Part shown: in pieces, positions 38,801 through 50,209 of the stretch
Layout: every line of letters begins with the position of its first letter
Position numbering within the stretch: the stretch's first letter is position 1
NCBI RefSeq assembly: GCF_963921235.1
Contig: NC_086109.1
Location: 1,676,001-1,736,000, forward strand
Reading direction: 5' to 3'
DNA from: Mobula hypostoma
Lineage: Eukaryota
Length of the DNA stretch: 60,000 bases
The notes under the pieces: model-generated
The model's input: only the letters and a program-made list of their open reading frames with translations
Told to the model about the DNA's origin: nothing
Database searches by the model: none
Position numbers and translations under genes: made by a program

Positions 38801-39520
38801 AAATGACCTGACTTGGTCCAACCAAGCAGAGTCCACTGCCAAGAAGGCCCACCAGCGCCTTTACTTCCAGAGAAAACTAAAGAAATTTGGAAACGTAAAC
38901 ACGAGGAATTCTGCAGATGCTGGAAATTCAAGCAACACACATCAGAAATTTGGCCTGTCCCCTAAAACCCTCACTAATTTTTATAGATGCAACCATAGAA
39001 AGCATTCTTCTAGGGTACATCATAACCTGGTGTGGAAGTTGTCCTGTCCAAGACCGGAAGAAGCTGCAGAAGATCGTGAACACGGCCCAGCACATCACAC
39101 AAACCAACCTTCTGTCCTTGGACTCAGTTTACACCGCACGCTGTCGGAGCAGTGCTGCCAAGATAATCAACGACATGACCCACCCAACCAACACACTTTT
39201 CATCCCTCTTCCCTCCGGGAGAAGGCTCAGGAGCTTGAAGACTCGTACGGCCAGATTTGGGAACAGCTTCTTTCCAACTGTGATAAGACTGCTGAACGGA
39301 TCCTGACCCGGATCTGGGCCGTACCCTCCAAATATCCGGACCTGCCTCTCGGTTTTTTTGCACTATCTTACTTCCCATTTTTCTATTTTCTATTAATGAT
39401 TTACAATTTAAATTTTTAATATTTACTATCGATTTGTAATCCAGGGAGCATGAAGCGCAGAATCAAATATCGCTGTGATGATTGTACGTTCTAGTATCAA
39501 TTGTTTGGCGACAGTAAAGT
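35858..39520 (+). mobile_element. Full-length Rex1/Babar LINE, inactivated by several stops and frameshifts
   Basis: 5' AAGATGGTGCCG; RGKRAGLLVRLK..ILLANV..FTETWL, AGDFNQ, LDHCY, SDH (APE endonuclease); [36 protein letters not shown]; 3' UTR. Confidence 0.95.
38891..38943 (-). mobile_element. 53-bp Penelope 3'-terminal micro-insertion with 10-bp TSD
   Basis: AGAAATTTGG at 38881-38890 and 38944-38953 flanks aaacgtaaacacgaggaattctgcagatgctggaaattcaagcaacacacatc. Confidence 0.9.
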
Positions 39521-40389
39521 ATTCTGCATAGTTATTGTTTTTAGCTTGTTCTACCCCAGTGCACTGTGTAACGAATTAGAAACATAGAAACATAGAAACA
39601 TTGTAACATAGAATTCATCTGTCTGAACAGTGTGCACCACCAGCTTTCCACTGTCCCTCAGTACATATGAAAATAATAAACCAACTACAATTCTGTGGGC
39701 ACTCTCAGATCCAGGCGGTGGGTAGCTGAGGGGTCCAGGGTTAAAGCTGACTGCCTGCTCCTTTTCCAGGATTGTGTCCATCTTTGGCTCTCCCTCGAGA
39801 GTAAACACACAGTGTCCACTGCTGTCTTAGAGGAATTCTGGGATCTGTGAGCTCCACAGAGCCCTGAGTGCATCGAGGCTGAGGATGGCCACGTTTCACT
39901 TTGAAGTTTGTTTGATTGTAATCTGCATGAATTAAGGATAACATTGTAATGTCATGTAAAATGGGTGATATAATCATCAACCAAACTTCCTTTGGAAGAC
40001 ACAGGTTTGACACAGAGAGAAGCTCCTTCATCGCACATAGCAGGACCGGGCCAGCAAATTCTAGGTCAGTTCATGACTGTGTACTGTGGCATTTGTGTGG
40101 AATACATCAGATACACTACAGGGTGGGAGGCTCCGTCAAACTCATCTGTGTTAGTAACTGAGTACATTTTGTATACGGTTCACACTGCAGGGACTGTGTA
40201 CTGGTGTGGAGGGAGGTTGGACGGGGAGCCAGTCGAGCAGATGTTTCTGGAGGGTTGTTGAAGCTGCACTCACCCAGGCAAGTGAAGTAATCCTATGACC
40301 TGTCACTGACTAAGTAAAGAAACCCTATGATCCGTGACCCAGATCTGTTGTTGTGAATCAATGAGATGCACTGTTGCTAACTGCTATGC

Positions 40390-40672
40390 CGTGGCCATGG
40401 TAGTGTAATGGTCAGTGCGACACTATTACACCCCGGGCCATTTCAGAGCTCAGAGCTCAATTCCAGTGCCGTTCGGGAAGGAGTCTCTGTATGTCCTCCC
40501 CATGGAATGCATGGGTTTCCTGCCGGTCCTCCCGTTTCCTCCCACTGGCCAAAGACGGTTAATTGGTCATTGTAAATTGCCCTGTAATTGGGTTAGGGTC
40601 AGTCAGGGGTTGCTGGGGCAGTGTGGCTCGAAGGCCCAGAGAGGCCTACTCTGCACTGTAACTCTAAATCAA
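40390..40672 (+). mobile_element. V-SINE (HE1-like)
   Basis: A-box-like ggtagtgtaatggtc, B-box-like gagctcaattcc, V-core gtatgtcctccccatggaatgcatgggtttcctgccggtcctcccgtttcctccc. Confidence 0.7.
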
Positions 40673-41125
40673 TGGATCCTGCAACCATTGTTCCAGACCA
40701 GTGACCAGTCACCTCTGTTTTACATAGATGGCCCCCGACACACTGCTTTTCAATCAGAGTGGCTCTGCTCTTGTCAGGGTTACAGTGACATTCCAGAAGC
40801 CCCAGTCACATTCTCAGCTGATCAAAAGACTTGAGGAAAGTACACACTCCCCCAGGGCAGTCGTCGCCTGCTCCGTCTCTGTGGTTGGACAGAGCTGGGA
40901 AGTGGCTGAGGGTAGAGGAGCTAAGTATAGCTCGGCGGAATTTGTGGTTCTGGTGGGTTCAGTCTTCAAACTGCTGTTGCAATCACAAACCTCCCACAGT
41001 GGTAGCAACAACTGTTAACTTCCATCAGCTAGTTTCACAATCGGCAGAGAGAGTGCGGGGATGGCGAAGGACACATAGAGATGAGGGTGGGGGCTGAGGA
41101 GCTGTGGATGGATGAGAGAGAGGAA

Positions 41126-42465
41126 AGACAATAGACAATAGGTGCAGGAGTAGGCCATTCGGCCCTTAGAGCCAGCACCGCCTTTCACTGTGATCATGGC
41201 TGATCATCCACAATCAGTATCCAGTTCCTGCTTTATCCCCATAACCTTTGATTCCGCTATCTTTGAGAGCTCTATCCATCTCTTTCTTGAAAGCATCCAG
41301 AGACTTGGCCTCCACAGCCTTCTGGGGCAGAGCATTCCATATATCCACCACTGTCTGGGTGAAAAAGTTTTTCCTCAACTCTGTTCTAAATGGCCTACCC
41401 CTTATTCTTAAACTGTGGCCTCTGGTTCTGGACTCGCCCATCAGCAGGTACATGCTTCCTGCCTCCAGCGTGTCCAATCCCTTAATAATCTTATATATTT
41501 CAATAAGATCCCCTCTCAGCCTTCTAAATTCCAGGGTATTCAAGCCCAGTCACTCTAATCATTTGACATAAGACAGTCCCGCCATCCTAGTGAATTAACC
41601 TGGTGAACCTATGCTGCACTCCCTCAATAACAAGAATGTCCTTCCTCAAATTTGGAGACCAAAACTGCACACAGTACTCCAGGTGTGGTCTCACCAGGGC
41701 CCTGTACAGCTGCAGAAGGACCTCTTTGATGTTCAATTCCCCTTGTTATCAAGGCCAGCATGCCATTAGCTTTCTTCACTGCCTGCTGTACCTGCATGCT
41801 TGCTCTCAGTGACTGATGTACAAGAACATCTAAATCTCGTTGTGCTTCCCCTTTTCCCAACTTGACTCCATTTAGATAATAATCTGCCTTCCCGTTCTTA
41901 CCACCAAAGTTGATAACCTCACATTTATCCACATTAAACTGTATCTGCCATGTATCTGCCCACTCACCCACCCTGTCCAAGTCACCCTGCATTCTCATAA
42001 CATCCTCCTCACATTTCACACTGCCACCCAGCTTTGTGTCATCGGTAAATTTGCTAATGTTACTTTTAATTCCCTCATCTAAATCATTAATATATATTGT
42101 AAACAGCTGCGGTCCCAGCACTGAACCCTGCGGTATCCCACTGGTCACCGCCTGCCATTTCGAAAGGGACCCGTTAATCACTACTCTTTGTTTTCTGTCA
42201 GCCAGCCAATTTTCAATCCATGTCAGTACTCTGCCCCCAATACCATATGCCCTAATTTTGCCCACTAATCTCCTATGTGGGACTTTATCAAAGGCTTTCT
42301 GAAAGTCCAGGTACACTACATCCACTGACTCACCCTTGTCCATTTTCATAGTTACATCCTCAAAAAATTCCAGAAGATCAGTCAGGCACGATTTCCCCTT
42401 TGTAAATCCATGCTGACTTGGACCGATCCTGTTACTGCTATCCAGATGTGTCGTAATTTCATCTG
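41126..42465 (-). mobile_element. Young CR1 3' fragment (RT + 3' UTR)
   Basis: SQHGFTKGKSCLTDLLEFFE..YLDFQKAFDKVPH..SKFTDDTKL; tail ctattgtctattgtct. Related to the 53.7-56.7 kb copy. Confidence 0.95.
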
Positions 42466-42679
42466 CCCAGAATTGCCTCCGTCCTCCAAACCAGATTACA
42501 ACCCTTCTCCTGAACGGAACTGGCAATTCCATTCTCTGCACTTTTCACACAATATGTACTATAGTTAATATTTAGAAATGGAAATTTCTCAGGAAAATCG
42601 TCCCAGCCTTTTTCCTTTTCCACAGGTCAGAAATTAGTCTACAAATCTCTTTCATCCTCAAACTGTATGCAGGTCAAGA

Positions 42680-43180
42680 GTCTCCCCCTCTCTCCCCCCT
42701 CTCTCCCCCCCCTCTCCCCCCTCTCTCCCCCCTCTCTCCCCCCCTCCTCCCCCCTCTCTCCCCCCTCTCTCCCCCCCTCTCCCCCCTCCTCCCCCTCTCC
42801 CCCCTCTCTCCCCCCTCTCTCCCCCCTCTCTCCCCCCCCTCTCTCCCCCCTCTCTCCCCCCTCTCTCCCCCCTCTCTCCCCCCTCTCTCCCCCCTCTCTC
42901 CCCCCTCTCTCCCCCCTCTCTCCCCCCTCTCTCCCCCCTCTCTCCCCCCTCTCTCCCCCTCTCTCCCCCCCTCCTCCCCCTCTCTCCCCCCTCTCCCCCC
43001 CTCTCCCCCCCCTCTCCCCCCTCTCTCCCCCCTCTCTCCCCCCTCTCTCCCCCCTCTCTCCCCCTCTCTCCCCCTCTCTCCCCCCTCTCCCCCTCTCTCC
43101 CCCCTCTCTCCCCCCCCCTCTCCCCCCTCTCTCTTCCCCCCTCTCTCTTCCCCCCCCTCCTCCCCTCTCTTTTCCTCTCC
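42680..43180. repeat. ~500-bp polypyrimidine/polypurine low-complexity repeat (ctctcccccc-like)
   Basis: Essentially only C/T on the + strand. Confidence 0.95.
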
Positions 43181-43599
43181 CTTTCAAACTAAATAGTTGG
43201 ATCACACTTGGCTCCCCTCTAATCTGCAAGAGCCAAACTTAGACAGTGGGTAGTTGATAGTAATAGATAGTGATTGATAGCTTGAGCAAGCTCTAACTGT
43301 TCTGAAATGCTGGAGAGTACTTCATCAGGTCCTTGGGATTTATTGGCAATGTCAGATCAACTTCTGCAGTAAAATTGTTGATTAATCATATTTATTTCCA
43401 TCAGTTCCTCGTTTCTGTTTGACCCATGGTTCTCTGAAATTTCTGGCAAATTTTAATACATTTTTCGATGACAATGGGTGCAAAGCGATCGTTCAGTTCC
43501 TCAACAGAGGGATTTCTCCACTCCACGTCCTGTATTCTCAGACCGTAGGAGACCCTTATTTGTCCTCATTGTTTATTTTTTCTTTTTATATTCTCACCA

Positions 43600-43965
43600 T
43601 TGAGCACATCTACTTGTCACAGGAAAGCAGCATCTATCATCAGGGATCCCCACTACCAAGGCCATGCTCTCTTCTCACTGCTGCCATCAGGAAGAAGGTA
43701 CAGCAGCCTCAGGACCCACACCACCAGGTTCAGGAACAGTTATTACCCCTCAACCATCAGGCTCTTGAACCAAAGGGGACAACTTCACTCGCCCCATCAT
43801 TAAAATGTTCCCACAACCAATGGGCTCACTTCCAAGGACTTTTCATCTCATATTCTCCCTATATACTGCTTATTTATTGTTATTATTATTTATTTATTTT
43901 GTGTTTGCACAGTTTGTTGTCTTCTGTACTCTGGTTAAACGTTCTAGTTGGGCAATCTTTCATTT
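43600..43965 (+). mobile_element. Rex1 3' end
   Basis: RKAASIIRDPHYQGHALFSLLPSGRRYSSLRTHTTRFRNSYYP. Confidence 0.85.
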
Positions 43966-44071
43966 ATTCTCGCAAACATGAGGAAATCTGCAGATGCTGG
44001 AATTTCAAGCAACACAAATAAAAGTTGCTGGTGAACGCAGCAGGCCAGGCAGCATCTATTGGAAGAGGTAC

Positions 44072-44107
44072 AATCGACGTTTCGGGCCGAGACCCTTCAT
44101 CAGGACT
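44072..44107 (-). ncRNA. Minimal type I hammerhead ribozyme
   Basis: AGTC-CTGATGA-A-GGGT(CTCG)GCCC-GAAA-CGTC^GATT: full catalytic core, stem II, palindromic ACGU stem III, stem I AGUC/GAUU. Confidence 0.8.
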
Positions 44108-44404
44108 AACTGAAGGAAGAGCTAGTAAGAGATTTGAAAGTGGGAAGGGGAGGGGGAGATCCGAAATGATAGGAGAAGACAGGAGGGGGAGGGATGGAGC
44201 CAAGAGCTGGACAGGTGATTGGCAAAAGGGATATGAGAGGATCATGGGACAGGAGGCCTAGGGAGAAAGAAAAGGGGGAGGGGGGAAACCCAGAGGACGG
44301 GCAAGGGGTATAGTGAGAGGGACAGAGGGAGAAAAAGGAGAGAGAGAAAAAGAATGTGTGTATATAAATAAATAACGGATGGGGTACGAGGGGGAGGTGG
44401 GGCA

Positions 44405-44731
44405 TTAGCGGAAGTTTGAGAAGTCAATGTTCATGCCATCAGGTTGGAGGCTACCCAGACGGAATATAAGGTGTTGTTCCTCCAACCTGAGTGTGGCTTC
44501 ATCTTTACAGTAGAGGAGGCCGTGGATAGACATGTCAGAATGGGAATGGGATGTGGAATTAAAATATGTGGCCACTGGGAGATCCTGCTTTCTCTGGAGG
44601 ACAGAGCGCAGGTGTTCAGCAAAATGATCTCCCAGTCTGCGTTGGGTCTCGCCAATATATAGAAGGCCACATCGGGAGCACCGGACGCAGTATATCACCC
44701 CAGCCGACTCACAGGTGAAGTGTCGCCTCAC
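44405..44731 (-). CDS. Penelope GIY-YIG endonuclease domain (C-terminal part of a truncated ORF)
   Basis: FTCESAGVIYCVRCSRCGLLYIGETQRRLGDHFAEH...EEQHLIFRLGSLQPDGMN: VIY..YIG with CxxC, conserved R/H/E/N region. Confidence 0.85.
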   Translation of the reverse strand: MRRHFTCESAGVIYCVRCSRCGLLYIGETQRRLGDHFAEHLRSVLQRKQDLPVATYFNSTSHSHSDMSIHGLLYCKDEATLRLEEQHLIFRLGSLQPDGMNIDFSNFR

Positions 44732-47461
44732 CTGGAAGGACTGTCTGGGGCCCTGAATGGTGGTAAGGGAGGAAGTGTAAGGGCATGTGTAGCACTTGTT
44801 CCATTTACAAGGATAAGTGCCAGGAGGGAAATCAGTGGGGAGGGATGGGGGGGGGTCGAATGGACAAGGGAGTCGTGGAGGGAGCGATCCCTACATATTA
44901 TTCTCCGTAAGCCTCCGGGTCCAACATATTATTCTCCGTAAGCCTCCGCCACCTCCAATGGGATCCCACCACTAAGCATATCTTTCCCTCCCCGCCTCTC
45001 TCTGCTTTATTTTGAACTATGAATGTTTAAGTCATATAGTCTGTTTTAATTCCTTGCCGGTTTAGTCTCAGATTCCTTCTTGACTTTTTTTTTCAAAACC
45101 TTCGATTTCTTTTGCTGAGGTGTGATATGCTGTTAATCCCCAGGCCACTCCTGTTACTGGAAAATTCAAGCACCTCTTCTCTGAAATGTTTCTCTCTAGT
45201 GTGCCCTAACCCAGGGATATGGAGACCAGGAATGTGCATGGTGCTCTACGATGGTCCAACAAAGGTTTCATACCAAATGAAACTTCTTTCTCTTAACCTG
45301 TCTGGAGATGACTCTAGTCAGTAGATGCTGTCGACAGTCTTGATAGTGTCTGCCTCTGCTTTCAGTGAGGGTAAATATGTCAACCTACATCCCTCCTTTG
45401 TCCCTGTAACTTACTCTCCATTCTGAATCACTGTTTTCCCTTTCAGGATGTGCCACATCATCAGTTTGGAATGAGCTTCCTGACGACAGCCGCGTTCTGT
45501 TAACCGGTGAATGTCTCTGTGGGGAAGTGAGGGTGTGACTCGAGATATGCATCGCCGGGTTCCACTCTGGAATACCACACACACTCAGGTGTAGAAGGGA
45601 GACTGGAAACACTCACAGCACTGACAAATGATGTGGAACTGGAAAGAATTCCTGGGATTTAGAGCCATAAAAGGGATACAATAGGGTGTTTGAAGACGAG
45701 CATGGTCAGTGTTGGGAAGAGGGCACAGCACACATGAAACTTCCTCCGGCAGCAACTGGCTGAACTGAGGGGTGAGGGAAGGGTTAAACTGGTGGGTGGA
45801 AATAAGCTGGGATCAACTTAAAGTTGGGGATGTGACAGGGGAGTTGGGGATCGTGGTGTCTGCAAGGATCTCCTTTACTCATCTTTCACCTGTCCATCCC
45901 AAACTCAGACAGAGTGTCAGGAGCACACATCACAGTCTGAACATCACGAGGACCTGCAGATGGCTGCTGAGTGAAACTCTGGTAAGTGTCAGACTGAGGG
46001 ACTGGGCTTTAGAGAGGGTGAGAATTTTAGAGGGGTGTACAATGGGACAATGTAGAGGAAACTACTCTCGGTGTCTAACCCAAGTCCTGCGATTGTGTGA
46101 GGAGATAGTGTAGAGGAACTTCATTCAGTATCTAACCCATCTAAGGATATTTTGCACCCAGTGAACCTGCTCAGCACTCTGAAATAACAACAGTGGGGCT
46201 ACAGTCAGTGCAACAAGATACTGAGGGAGAGGGGTTACCAAAAGACAACGTGAGGAAGCTGAATTCTGTGTCACTGGGAGTGTGAGGATGGAATGTGTCT
46301 TTGGCTGAAAGGGTGCAGTATGTTCTGGACCAACACTGACACTTAACTGATGACGACATTCATTTCCTTCAAGGCAGGGAGAATGTCACTTCCATGCAGC
46401 TTCTGTCTCGGCCTCGAATACCTCCTCCAGCCACAAGCTCCACATCTCAACCAACCCTTGTGGAAACAAAAAAACAATTCCACCTTTACAGCTTCTTCCT
46501 ATCACCTTAAACTTCTGCCCTCTTCCTTCTGACACATTGGATGCCAAATGCTATTGAAGGTTTGACTTGGAAGAAAACAAAGCAGGTGACTTGACTCAGT
46601 AACAGAAGTGACTGACACGATTGAGGAACATGGAGGGTCTGATAGAACAAAGGGGTTGGTTGAAGTTGGAAGATGTTCCTTGATCGGTGCCAGTAAGACT
46701 GAGAATGCAGAGTAATTCTCTAAGTATCTTTGGAGCAAGCAGGTAGCTGGGAAAATGTGGGTCTCCCTTGTGATGGATATTCACAGTTCCTGGGAAACAG
46801 GGCTTTGTTTTTGCCAAGAAAGCTTCCTGAATACAGCAGATGACACTTTTAAGGGTCAAGCAGTTGTTTTTGAGTAAGTTAAACTTCCTTCCAATATTCT
46901 TGTTTATTCTATGTTTAGCTTATTCTCATAAACAGAAGCCAGTCGTCAGTTCTTAATGTAATTGGCAGGTAGTAGTCAGTTTGAAGTTAATAACACAGCT
47001 TTGCAAACACACTTTTAATAGACCCACAGACACTGCCCAGAAGAAAGCAATGGTAAACCACTTCTGTGGAAAAAATTGCCAAGACTATTGATCATGAGAC
47101 CACGGTCACCCATGTCATATGACAAGGCACATGATGATGATGATGATTTAAAACAGACCACACTGGCTAAGTTGTTTACTTAACACAGCTTGCAGACAAT
47201 CACTTAGCAAATCAAATTAATAGTTATTTATTAATATATTGGAAGGTTTGTTTGCTCTGGGAATCAGCTTCACAGCCATTACCAGTGAGTATGTGGGAAC
47301 CCTGTCTCCAGAAGCTTTCAGACCACTTGTGTTAAAGGGTATCTGTAAAAATATCTCATGTGTGTCTGAAGTCACCAAGTGGCAAAAACAAACCAGATTA
47401 ATTTAGGAAGTGGTTCAAGCTTTTTGGGGATAGTCCAGAAACACCAGGTGAATTAGAATCC

Positions 47462-47800
47462 AGACACAGAGTGAAACTCCCTCTACACTGTCCCATCACA
47501 CACTCCCAGGGCACAGGTCAGACAGAGTGAAGCTCCCTCTATACTGTCCCATCACACACTCCCAGGGTACGGGTCAGACACAGAGTGAAACTCCCTCTAC
47601 ACTGTCCCATCACACACTCCCAGGGCACGGGTCAGACACAAGAGTGAAGTTCGCTCTGCACTGTCCCATCTCACACTCCCAGGACACGGGTCAGACACAG
47701 AGGGAAGCTCCCTCTACACTGTCCCATCACACACTCCAAGGGCACGGGTTAGATAGAGTGAAGCTCTCACTGTCGTGTTCCATCTCACATTCTTAGTGTT
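47462..47800 (+). repeat. ~56-57 bp satellite, about 6 units (single units also near 52490-52570)
   Basis: acacagagtgaagctccctctacactgtcccatcacacactcccagggcacgggtcag repeats. Confidence 0.92.
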
Positions 47801-48499
47801 AGTCACAGAGAAGAGCTCTGTTTGTCATGCGAGGGGTTAAAGAATGAAAGTTCTGAAGAGCAACTGAAGGAAAACTCAAGAGTTTGGATTTCATCTTTGG
47901 CAGTGGGTTCTTCTTGAAAGGATTCTGATTTTCAAGGTTTTTACTGTGTTTCAGAGCACGGATTGCTCAGCTTGTTTAACTGGGTGAACTTTTTCTCCAT
48001 TGGCACTCTTGAATTCTGTGCAGCCTGGGCCTGGAGAAAGATGCTTTTCTCCAAAGCACGAGGGACGGCACTGAAGATCCATCACATCACACAGGACATT
48101 CCTGCACATCTGGCGAATATTCCTGCCTTCCCTCTCCTCTGAATTGTCCTCCTAATCAGCTGTGAATCTTGCTGGTTGCTTGCTATTTTATAATTTTTCA
48201 TGTGTTTTTATTTTCTGACTTTGTAGTGCTGACCATGTCAGTGAGACCTTGGTCCTTTCCAGGTGGTCCAGTTCCTGAAGATGTGGCAGCTTTTCTGCAA
48301 CAGGTGTGAAAAAAAGTTGTGAAAGGTTATGTGCACCTGTGTATTGGAATGGGAGGCAGCTCATAGGCAGTGTCTGCGGCTGTGGGTTGTAAAGTAGGCA
48401 TTATCACAGCTTCTATGATATACAAGAATACTGTTGTTCCTACAGTCTGAGTGAGATGTGTCCCTGATCAGACCTGGGGCGTGGTGACAAACAGGAGCC

Positions 48500-49075
48500 C
48501 TGGTCAATGCCACATGCTCAAGGCGTACATCCCAAATGATGGATGGTCCTACAGAACACAGGCGACCGAACGGAGTGATTTGCAGTCTATCCGTGCAGTG
48601 TCACAGATCTGTTGAGAATTGTTATGACAGTCCACTCCATTAACAAGACTGTTCTCACCTGACCCATCCATCGAGGATGGACGGAGTTTTGTGGGAGGAC
48701 ACACCAATGACCAGATGCTCCCCTGATGCTGGAGTAACTGACCAGTGCCCTCAACCAGCTCCAGAGAGGCAAATCCCTGGGGCTTTACGGGCTGACTCTC
48801 AAAAGGCCTCCGGTTCTTTCAGGATATCCTGGGATGTGACTACACCAGGGTGTTAGGAGAAAGCCTGGTGAGAAGGTGATGCCCTTCTCATGGTGAAGGG
48901 CTCCACTGTTGGAGAAACTGGCACCCAGACTCCACTCACTGTTGAATATAGGTTCTCTGCTCAGGTGATGGCCAGTCGACTGGGCTCCATTCTGACACAA
49001 ATGATCCAGTCTGACCATCTCTCCATCTTCCCAGGCCAGTCCATTCAGGACAACATCCACTGGTCCTAGGAGGTT
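48500..49075 (+). mobile_element. Ancient Tx1/L1-clade RT remnant
   Basis: LTSALNQLQRGKSLGLYGLT and (P)GQSIQDNIH resemble GKSPGLDGL and PGRSIxDN of Tx1-like RTs. Confidence 0.55.
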
Positions 49076-49179
49076 ACTTTTTTCGCTCTTAACCAAGAGA
49101 AAATGGCCCATTTTGGAATCAGGATCAGGTTGCCATAAGTCAGGAAATGTGTTGCATTGTGTCAGCAGTAGAGTGCAAA

Positions 49180-49802
49180 GCTTTGCTGAACACCTATGCT
49201 CTGTCCGCCAGAGAAAGCAGGATCTCCCAGTGGCCACACATTTTAATTCCACATCCCATTCCCATTCTGATATGTCTATCCGCGGCCTCCTCTACTGTAA
49301 AGATGAAGCCACACTCAGGCTGGAGGAACAACACCTTATATTCCGTCTGGGTAGCCTCCAACCTGATGGCATGAACATTGACTTCTCAAACTTCCGCTAA
49401 TGCCCCACCTCCCCCTCGTACCCCATCCATTATTTATTTTTATACACACATTCTTTCTCTCTCTCTCCTTTTTCTCCCTCTGTCCCCCTGACTATACCCC
49501 TTGCCCATCCTCTGGGTTCCCCTCCCCCACCCCCACTTGTCTTTCTCCCCGGACCTCCTGTCCCATGATCCTCTCATATCCCCTTTGCCAATCACCTGTC
49601 CAGCTCTTGGCTCCATCCCTCCCCCTCCTGTCTTCTCCTATCATTTGGGATCTCCCCCTCCCCCTCCCACTTTCAAATCCCTTACTCACTCTTCTTTCAG
49701 TTAGTCCTGACGAAGGGTCTCGGCCTGAAACGTCGACTGCGCCTCTTCCTATAGATGCTGCCTGGCCTGCTGCGTTCACCAGCAACTTTGATGTGTATTG
49801 CT
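49180..49802 (+). mobile_element. Young truncated Penelope-like element
   Basis: FAEHLCSVRQRKQDLPVATHFNS...QPDGMNIDFSNFR* plus tail; nearly identical to 44020-44625 in the opposite orientation. Confidence 0.92.
49703..49738 (+). ncRNA. Minimal type I hammerhead ribozyme
   Basis: AGTC-CTGACGA-AGGGTCTCGGCCT-GAAA-CGTC^GACT; perfect 4-bp stem I, predicted cleavage after C49734. Confidence 0.8.
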
Positions 49803-50209
49803 AACATTCTAGTAAATCTTCTCTGTACTCTCTCTATTTTGTTGACATCTTTCCTTTAATTCGGTGACCAGAACTGTGCACAATACTCCAAATTTGGCCT
49901 TACACCACCATCAATGCCATTCCTACAACCCCGGGCTCCTTCAAACTGCTAATTGTGTGACCCCCTAGCTCCAGTTCCAGCTTGGACTTTGACCACCAGT
50001 ACCTCCAGGTCGAGACTTTACATGCTGCCACTAGACTCCGAGAGCCCCTTCCCCCACCACCACTCTGCAACCCCGTATCCCTCAAACCTCACCGTCAGCT
50101 CTTGGGTCCTCAGAACATCTACGTCCCTCCCACCCTACCTTCCCTGAACACTCCAGCCCTCCTCTCCGCTCTAATATCACCAGCTCTTGGGAAACACTCC
50201 TGAAGTTGA

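Larger units (their letters stand above)
43971..45008 (-). mobile_element. Young Penelope-like element, 5' truncated, with inverted 5' segment (44895-45008)
   Basis: Intact GIY-YIG domain at 44405-44731, pLTR-like tail with hammerhead, terminal ccagcatctgcag motif. Confidence 0.92.

Noticed and set aside
42639..43242. Pro/Ser/Leu and Gly/Glu/Arg ORFs
   Set aside because: Translations of a low-complexity C/T tract.
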